Source of the DNA: Gemmatimonadota bacterium
Lineage (GTDB): Bacteria; Gemmatimonadota; Gemmatimonadetes; Longimicrobiales; Gaopeijiaceae
Length of the DNA stretch: 32,209 nt
Direction of reading: 5' to 3'
NCBI GenBank assembly: GCA_026713345.1
Contig: JAPOOQ010000145.1
Span: 1-32,209 of the forward strand
Under the pieces are notes generated by a model. The model saw only the letters and a list, made by a program, of their open reading frames with translations, was not told where the DNA came from and made no database searches. The translations under genes and the position numbers were made by a program. This document shows, in pieces, positions 26,204 to 32,209 of the stretch (its first letter is position 1; every line of letters begins with the position of its first letter).

Positions 26204-27454
26204 TCACATCGTTCCGTGGCAAACCCCTGGGTACTTGAAAATCTCCCCTGAACCGCTGCCGTCAACCGGTGCGGACGCCGCGGGTGGGGCAAGCGACCCC
26301 TCCGGACCGCTTCGGTGGAGAGCGCCGTCGAGTTCCAGGGTTACGGCATCCATGACGAGCCACCCCTCAGGTGTCAGGCGCACAGCGCCGTCCTCCCGCT
26401 CGGCGAGACCCCCGGCTTCCCAGCGGTGGACGACGGATGATGCGGCGGGGTCCAGGGAATCCGCCGGCAGTCCATCCCTGGTCCGCAGCGCCAGCCATAT
26501 CGACTCCAGCCGGGCCTGCCGCGGATTGAGGACTTCGTCTCCTGCGCGTCCGTTTCCGGACCGGGCGACGCGGTCCCGGTACGTCCCCCAGTCGCGTTCG
26601 TTCCACCAGCGCCGCCCGTCCGAGTAGCTGTGCGCGCCGTTTCCCAATCCCACGTAGGGCGCGCCCTTCCAGCAGGCGGTGTTGTGGCGGGAGGCGAATC
26701 CGGGCAACGAGAAGTTCGACAGCTCGTAGTGCTCGTAGCCGGCGCGGGTCAGCGTCTCGGCGGCGAGAAGGTATTCTTCCCGGTAGCGCGTTTCACCACA
26801 GGGGGTGATTCGCTCTTCACCAACCGCGCGCGCCAGCGGCGTTCCCTTCTCCACGGTCAGCCCGTACAGGGAGACGTGCGGAGCCTCCAGGCTCAGCGTA
26901 CGCTCCAGGTCGCCCTTCCAGTCGCGGGAGATCGAGGCGGGAAGTCCGAAGATGAGGTCGACGGACAGATTGGAGATCCCGGCCGCCCTCGCCGCTTTCA
27001 GGGCATCGCCGGCGTCTTCGGCCGAATGCAGACGGCCCATCCACCGCAGCGCCGCAGAGCTGAAGCTCTGCACGCCGAAGGACACGCGGTTGACTCCCCC
27101 TTCCACCCACCGACTCGCGACCGACCCGGTGAAGGATTCGGGGTTGGCTTCCACGGTCCACTCGAAACCGGGCGCCCGGGTGCGTTGCCGTCCCACCACC
27201 GCGGCGAGCTCCGCCACATGGCGGGGATCCAGCACGGACGGTGTGCCGCCACCCACGTAGAGGGTCTCCTGGACCGAAGACAGCCGGACGGGTCCCGACT
27301 CCTGCACCCAATCCAGCTCGGTCTTGATCGCAGCCAGCCAATCCGCGCTGTCCGGACGGCGGTTCACCTCCACGGCGAAGTCGCAGTAGAAGCAGCGCCG
27401 CGCACAGAACGGCGCGTGCACATACACGTTGCGGACCCCGTCAGGGGCCTTCAC
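26204..27454 (-). CDS. hemW: radical SAM family heme chaperone HemW (HemN-like, oxygen-independent coproporphyrinogen oxidase family)
   Basis: VYVHAPFCARRCFYCDF is the CxxxCxxC radical SAM motif; GGGTPS is also present. The track ORF (to 28324) is over-extended across dprA. GTG at 27452-27454 overlaps the dprA TGA as GTGA. Confidence 0.9.
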   Translation of the reverse strand: MKAPDGVRNVYVHAPFCARRCFYCDFAVEVNRRPDSADWLAAIKTELDWVQESGPVRLSSVQETLYVGGGTPSVLDPRHVAELAAVVGRQRTRAPGFEWTVEANPESFTGSVASRWVEGGVNRVSFGVQSFSSAALRWMGRLHSAEDAGDALKAARAAGISNLSVDLIFGLPASISRDWKGDLERTLSLEAPHVSLYGLTVEKGTPLARAVGEERITPCGETRYREEYLLAAETLTRAGYEHYELSNFSLPGFASRHNTACWKGAPYVGLGNGAHSYSDGRRWWNERDWGTYRDRVARSGNGRAGDEVLNPRQARLESIWLALRTRDGLPADSLDPAASSVVHRWEAGGLAEREDGAVRLTPEGWLVMDAVTLELDGALHRSGPEGSLAPPAASAPVDGSGSGEIFKYPGVCHGTM

Positions 27455-28521
27455 GCTGCCCCCTCCCGCACCATCACCGGCCGGCCACCCGGCGTCCGCA
27501 TGACCCGCCCGTCCCGGGTGGAGATCACATACCCCCGGATCTCGAGGATCATCAGCGACGCCCCCACCTCGTCCGCGGCGCGTCCGGCCGCCTCCGCCAC
27601 TTCCTCGACGGTCACGGGGGCGGCGGGGACCGCGGCGAGCAGATCGCGCAGCTCCGGTTCCCGGGGCGCGGACTCCACGGTGAAGGAATCGCCCTTCAGG
27701 TTCGTATCCGTTACGATGGCGGCCCCCTGCGCGATCAGCCGGTTCGTACCCTGGCTGGTGGCGCGATCGATCGGCCCCGGCACGGCGTGCACCTCGCGCC
27801 CCAGCTCCAGGGCGTGATCGGCGGTGATGAGCGCGCCGCTGCGCCCCGACGCCTCCACGATCACCACGTCGCTGGCGAGCGCGGCGATAATCCGGTTGCG
27901 CCTGGGGAAGTGGTGCGGCTCGGCGTGCGCCCCGGGTTCGAACTCGGAGACGATCACGCCGTGCTTGCGGATCTCCCGGTAGAGTTTGGTGTTGCTCGCC
28001 GGCGAAGGGATGTCCACCCCGGAACCGAGTACGGCGGCCGTGGGCCCGGGGAGCGCCCCCCGGTGCGCCTCGGCGTCGACTCCCATCGCCATCCCGGATA
28101 CCACGCACCGACCCTGCTCCACCAGCCGGGCGCCCAGCGCGCGGGACACCCGGCGCCCGTACGCGGTGGCGCGGCGGGACCCCACCACGGCGACGCACGG
28201 CCCATGCAGCAGCTCCGTTCTTCCCAGGGTGAAGAGAACCGCGGGCGGATGATCCAGGTTGCCGAGCCGCCCGGGGTATTCGTCGCTTCCGTAGACAAGA
28301 ATGCCGATGCCCGCCTCCGTGCACCGCCGCAGGAGCTGGCGCGCACGCCGTTTGGGTGCGGCGTCACGGCGCGCCTTCTCGGCCCGCCGGTCCGCCGCCG
28401 TCGCGAACTCCTCGCCGTCTCCCGTCAGTGCCCCGGCCGGCGAGCCGAAGTGGTCGACCAGCTTCTTGAAGCGCCCGGGGCCGACCCCCGGCACGCAGTA
28501 AAGCGTCAGCGCCTCGATCAC
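27451..28521 (-). CDS. dprA: DNA-processing protein DprA (Smf)
   Basis: VAVVGSRRATAYG, VVSGMAMGVDAEAHRGAL and FPRRNRIIAALASDVVIVEA, plus a C-terminal winged-helix-like tail. GTG at 28519-28521 overlaps the obg TGA as GTGA. Confidence 0.9.
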   Translation of the reverse strand: MIEALTLYCVPGVGPGRFKKLVDHFGSPAGALTGDGEEFATAADRRAEKARRDAAPKRRARQLLRRCTEAGIGILVYGSDEYPGRLGNLDHPPAVLFTLGRTELLHGPCVAVVGSRRATAYGRRVSRALGARLVEQGRCVVSGMAMGVDAEAHRGALPGPTAAVLGSGVDIPSPASNTKLYREIRKHGVIVSEFEPGAHAEPHHFPRRNRIIAALASDVVIVEASGRSGALITADHALELGREVHAVPGPIDRATSQGTNRLIAQGAAIVTDTNLKGDSFTVESAPREPELRDLLAAVPAAPVTVEEVAEAAGRAADEVGASLMILEIRGYVISTRDGRVMRTPGGRPVMVREGAA

Positions 28522-29546
28522 GGTTCCTCCCGGTCCGAACGTTCAGTCGCGGCGGGTGTCGCAGCGAGTTGGCGCCAGCACCCCTCCAGCAGCTCGCCGA
28601 GGCCTTCCCCGCTGACGGCGCTGATCGGGTAGACACCCCACGCACCCGGCGCCCTCACGGCGGGCGGCGCGCCCCCGGGGGCGTGGAGGTCCATCTTCGA
28701 GAACGCCACGGCATAGGGAAGATCGGCGAGCCCGGGGGCGTGCAAGGCCGCGTAGCGCTCCAGTTCGTCGAGGAGCCCGGCCAGCGTTCCCGCGGGGTCC
28801 GGCCCATCCACGGGCAGCAGGATCACCAGCGCGCGGGTGCGCTCGATGTGGCGCAGGAAGCGGTGGCCCAACCCCCTGCCCTCGTGCGCCCCCTCGATGA
28901 TTCCGGGGATATCGGCTACCACGAAGGAGCGATACCCGGGCAGCTCGACGACCCCCAGGTTGGGCGTGAGCGTCGTGAAGGGGTAGTCCGCGATCTTCGG
29001 GCGGGCGTGACTGATGCGGGCGAGGAGGGTGGACTTGCCGGCGTTGGGCTCGCCGACCAGGCCTACGTCAGCGAGGAGTTTGAGTTCGAGACGGACCTTC
29101 CTCTCCTCTCCTTCGCCGCCCGCTTCCCATCGCCGGGGCGCTTGCCGCGTGGCGGAGGTGAAGCTGGCGTTCCCGCGTCCTCCCCGGCCCCCGAGCGCGA
29201 CGACCAGGGCCGCGTCCGGCTCCAGCAGTTCGCCCAGCACCTCACCGTTGCCGTCATCTACGGCGATCGTGCCGCACGGCACTCGCAACACGAGGTCGCG
29301 CCCGCTCCTTCCCGTCCGGTTGGAGCCTGAGCCGTGCATGCCCCGTTCCGCGCGGTAGTGTCGCTTGTAGCGGAAATCGCTCAGGGTGGTCAGCCCGGGG
29401 TCCCCCACCATCCGCACGTCGCCCCCCTTCCCCCCGTCGCCACCCGAGGGTCCTCCGCGCGGGACCCCCTTCTCGCGCCGGAACGCCTCCGCCCCCGACC
29501 CGCCGGGACCGCCGCGCACCTCGATCGTCACCGAATCCAGGAACAT
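28518..29546 (-). CDS. obg: GTPase Obg/CgtA
   Basis: The Obg fold has MFLDSVTIEVRGGPGGSGAEAFRREKGVPRGGPSGGDGGKGGDV. The G domain has GEPNAGKST, DIPGIIEGA and SKMD. There is no long C-terminal OCT domain. Confidence 0.95.
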   Translation of the reverse strand: MFLDSVTIEVRGGPGGSGAEAFRREKGVPRGGPSGGDGGKGGDVRMVGDPGLTTLSDFRYKRHYRAERGMHGSGSNRTGRSGRDLVLRVPCGTIAVDDGNGEVLGELLEPDAALVVALGGRGGRGNASFTSATRQAPRRWEAGGEGEERKVRLELKLLADVGLVGEPNAGKSTLLARISHARPKIADYPFTTLTPNLGVVELPGYRSFVVADIPGIIEGAHEGRGLGHRFLRHIERTRALVILLPVDGPDPAGTLAGLLDELERYAALHAPGLADLPYAVAFSKMDLHAPGGAPPAVRAPGAWGVYPISAVSGEGLGELLEGCWRQLAATPAATERSDREEP

Positions 29547-29569
29547 CTAGAGCCCCTCCCCGCGCACGC

Positions 29570-30574
29570 TCACGGGTCCACGGCCAGGCGGCCCACCACG
29601 TCGCCCAGCGTGTTGGCGAGCGGTGGCTCCACATGCTCCGCCAGAGCCCCCGCGGCGTCCTGCGAAAGGATGCCGGCCCTCGTCAGAACGGCGAGCAGCG
29701 CAGGCGGAGCCGCCCGCCACGCTCCGTCCTCCACCTTGACCGCGACGCCGAGCCCCCGCTCCCGGTCGGCGGCCGCGTAGACCCCCTCGGCCCCCGTCTT
29801 GGCGATCACGCGGCCCCCCTCCGCCTCGATGAGCCGGGTGCAGAGCCGGTCGGTGCCCGCCACCATGAAGGGGTGCGAGACCATGGCGCCGACCACCCGG
29901 CCGGGAGCACCACCCTCCCCCGCCGCCGCCACCAGTCGCGCCATCGCAGCGGCGAGGTCCGTGAGCGGGATCGCGAGGGTGGGCACGCCGCAGCCGTCCA
30001 CGGCCGACGGAATCGCGCGGGGATCGCACCGCGCCCAGCGGGCGAGTTCGCGCCGCATTCGCAGCTGCACCGGGTGCGCAGGGTCTTCGTAGCCCTCCAG
30101 GGGCCAGGAATGGAAGGCGGCCAGCGCCAGCATTCCCGCGTGTTTCCCGGAGCAGTTGCTCATGATCGAGGTGCGCGGCGTGCCCGCGGCGGCGAGTTCG
30201 CGCTCGCGTTCGCGAAGCAGCGGAGGATGGGGGCCGCAGACGAGCAGCGACTCGGCCACGCCCGCCTTCGCCAACGTCGAGCGCGCCACCGCAAGGTGTG
30301 CCTCCTCCGAATTGTGTGAACCGCAGCACAGCGCGATCTCCTCAGTTGAAAGCCCGAAATGGTCCGCGGCCCCGTCCGCCACCAGCGGAAGGGCCTGAAA
30401 CGGCTTTGCCGCCGACCGCAGCACCGTGGAGCGTCCGGCGTCTCCCCAGCTGCCGGCAATGCGTCCCGCGGCGTCCGCGACCACCGCATGCACCCGGTGT
30501 GTCGATTCGAGGAGCAAACCCCTGCGCACCGAAACCGTCAGGGGCCCGCCGCCCGGTCTCATCGAAGGGCGCAT
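29570..30574 (-). CDS. asparaginase (Asparaginase_II / Rhizobium-type family)
   Basis: ESTHRVHAVV, LRSAAKPFQALP, CCGSHNSEEAH, SNCSGKHAGMLA and KTGAEGVY match my recollection of the PF06089 type. ATG at 30572-30574, with an alternative ATG at 30560-30562. Confidence 0.8.
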   Translation of the reverse strand: MRPSMRPGGGPLTVSVRRGLLLESTHRVHAVVADAAGRIAGSWGDAGRSTVLRSAAKPFQALPLVADGAADHFGLSTEEIALCCGSHNSEEAHLAVARSTLAKAGVAESLLVCGPHPPLLRERERELAAAGTPRTSIMSNCSGKHAGMLALAAFHSWPLEGYEDPAHPVQLRMRRELARWARCDPRAIPSAVDGCGVPTLAIPLTDLAAAMARLVAAAGEGGAPGRVVGAMVSHPFMVAGTDRLCTRLIEAEGGRVIAKTGAEGVYAAADRERGLGVAVKVEDGAWRAAPPALLAVLTRAGILSQDAAGALAEHVEPPLANTLGDVVGRLAVDP

Positions 30575-30674
30575 CCGGCGACGCTCAACATTGGAGGCAG
30601 CGGGCGGGCGTTGCCATGGTGCGATGGGCGCGGGGTCCGGCCGAGGCGGTCAGTCCAGCCTGGCTCCGCCCTTC

Positions 30675-32209
30675 TCAGCGTGGACCCTCCCCCGCGCCGG
30701 GTCCACCCTCTGCCGGCGTGGTCGCAGTCAGCGGAGATCCCGCGAGCGCGAAGAGTTCGGCCTGGTTCTCGGCCGCGAGCAGCAGTTCCACCGCCCGGCC
30801 AAGCTGGGCGTCGTGCTCGCGGGTGCGCCTGAAGCGTCCAAGGTCGTCCCACGCGAGCAACGCGATTTCGCTGCCCAGGCGAAGCGCCAGAGTGTTGCGT
30901 GCGCGCATGAACGTCTCCAGGGGAACTTCGGCGCCCCGTTCCTGCAGCGCGGCGTGAAAGCTCCCGAGGTCCCCGTCGGTGACAACGAAGCCGGGCTCCA
31001 GATCCGGGTGCTCGCTCAGGTAGTTGACCGCCCAGTTCTGCAGGGCCGCAAAAAATCCGTAGCCGGACGCGAGGATCTCGTCCCAGGCGGTCCGTTCGCC
31101 CGAGGTGAGCGTATCCTGCAATACCCACAGGTCGGGAACGATGCCGCCCCCGCCGTGCAGCAGACGTCCTCCGGCGGAGGTGAAACGGGGTTTGTCGGCC
31201 AGATCGGGGCGCTCCGCCAGGTTCCCCTGCAGGGTGATCGGCGCGTCTTCGAGGAGTGCGGCCCCCGCGCTTTGGTCCCGTTGGATCGAACGGCCCGCCG
31301 GCGTGAACCAGCGCGCGGTCGTGAGCCGGAGCACGTTGCCCCCCGGGAGCGGGAAGAGCGACTGGACGGACCCCTTCCCGTACGTGGTGGCACCGATGAG
31401 CAGGGCGCGATCGTGATCCTGAAGGGCCCCCGCCACGATTTCCGCGGCCGAAGCGCTCATCCCCTCGACCAGGACGACCACCGGCAGCTCCGGATAGGCC
31501 TGCTCCCGCCTGGCGACGAAGCCCTCGGGGTCCGCCGACCGGCTGCGGATCTCGACGATCGGCCTACCGCGGTCGAGGAAGAGGTCCGTAAGCGCCACGC
31601 CTTCGGTGAGCAGGCCGCCCCGGTTGCGGCGCAGGTCCAGGATGAGCGATGTCATGCCCTCGGCCGCGAGCGAGTCGATGGCGGCGCGCACCTCCTGCGT
31701 CGTGGTGCGGTTGAAGATGAGGAGCGGCACGTAACCGATCCCGCCTTCGAGCATGGCGGCGAAGGGCACCGACGGCACCTGGATCACCGCGCGCGTGACC
31801 TCGAAGGTGATGACGCGTTCGACGCCCGGACGCCTCACCCCGATCCGGACGCTGGTCCCCGGCTCCCCCCTGAGCAGTCCCACGGCCTGGTCGTGCACCC
31901 ACCCCTCGACCGACTGGCCATCCACCTCGACGATCCGGTCGCCGGGCCTCATTCCGGCCCTTGCGGCGGGCGTCGCCGGGATCGGGGCGGAAACCGTGAT
32001 GAACCCGTCACGGTTGATGACTTCGATGCCGATGCCCGCGTAGTCGCCCTGTGTGCGAATCCGCTCCTCCTCCCAGGCCCTGGCCGGCAGGAACCGCGAG
32101 TTGGGATCTTCGAGCTGGTCGACCACACCGTTGATGGCCAGCTCATAGAGCTCTTCGACATCGACATCCTCGACAAAGTCGTTCTGGATGTGCCGCATGA
32201 CTTCGTCGA
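30675..32209 (-). CDS. ctp: S41 family carboxyl-terminal processing peptidase (Ctp/Prc), N-terminus outside the window
   Basis: PDZ domain: GIGIEV...PIPATPAARAGMRPGDRIVEVDG. S41 core: LDLRRNRGG, SASAAEIVAGALQD and GKGSVQ. The frame stays open upstream of the ATG at 32196-32198 (..DEVMRH..), so the gene probably starts beyond 32209. Confidence 0.9.
   Translation of the reverse strand, partial: DEVMRHIQNDFVEDVDVEELYELAINGVVDQLEDPNSRFLPARAWEEERIRTQGDYAGIGIEVINRDGFITVSAPIPATPAARAGMRPGDRIVEVDGQSVEGWVHDQAVGLLRGEPGTSVRIGVRRPGVERVITFEVTRAVIQVPSVPFAAMLEGGIGYVPLLIFNRTTTQEVRAAIDSLAAEGMTSLILDLRRNRGGLLTEGVALTDLFLDRGRPIVEIRSRSADPEGFVARREQAYPELPVVVLVEGMSASAAEIVAGALQDHDRALLIGATTYGKGSVQSLFPLPGGNVLRLTTARWFTPAGRSIQRDQSAGAALLEDAPITLQGNLAERPDLADKPRFTSAGGRLLHGGGGIVPDLWVLQDTLTSGERTAWDEILASGYGFFAALQNWAVNYLSEHPDLEPGFVVTDGDLGSFHAALQERGAEVPLETFMRARNTLALRLGSEIALLAWDDLGRFRRTREHDAQLGRAVELLLAAENQAELFALAGSPLTATTPAEGGPGAGEGPR

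Noticed and set aside
30313-30330. Second Rex-like site, TGTGTGAACCGCAGCACA.
   Set aside because: Only one half-site resembles TTGTGAA, and the other (AGCACA) is poor. The site lies in the middle of the asparaginase coding region.

Overview
This is a very GC-rich (about 70% by eye) bacterial chromosomal window. It is almost wall-to-wall coding: I support 32 CDS, 31 of them on the minus strand, and 11 junctions are 4-nt start/stop overlaps (ATGA/GTGA/TTGA). The ORF track prints GTG and TTG starts as M and often over-extends N-termini, so I re-trimmed several genes against the nucleotide sequence.

Content is mostly housekeeping. Reading the minus strand from high to low coordinates:
- ctp (partial), an asparaginase-II family gene, obg, dprA, hemW, hrcA, dnaJ
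- one plus-strand orphan gene
- yqeY, mutS2, dnaG, a COG1579 zinc-ribbon gene, recJ, rsmD, coaD, pta
- a STAS protein plus a fused RsbW-like kinase/PP2C phosphatase, then rsmA
- rex, a DEDDh exonuclease, thiolase, bioY, a CPBP protease, hbd, an acyl-CoA dehydrogenase, glyA
- a small acidic-tailed conserved hypothetical, a 67-aa zinc-ribbon protein, nnr, thiL, and a partial membrane protein

I found no rRNA, tRNA, CRISPR array, transposase, integrase or recognisable defence gene, and no non-coding gap exceeds about 225 nt. I do not see a convincing new multi-gene system here.

The points most worth a second look:
1. A perfect 18-bp Rex box sits on the rex start codon, at the head of a coupled rex-exonuclease-thiolase-bioY-CPBP-hbd-acd chain.
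2. A sigma-less partner-switching pair has the kinase and phosphatase fused in one polypeptide.
3. A HARE-HTH-like N-terminal domain is fused to the exonuclease that is coupled to rex.
4. The lone plus-strand orphan gene lies in the only sizeable divergent intergenic region.
5. hrcA and dnaJ are adjacent without grpE-dnaK, and no CIRCE element is visible.
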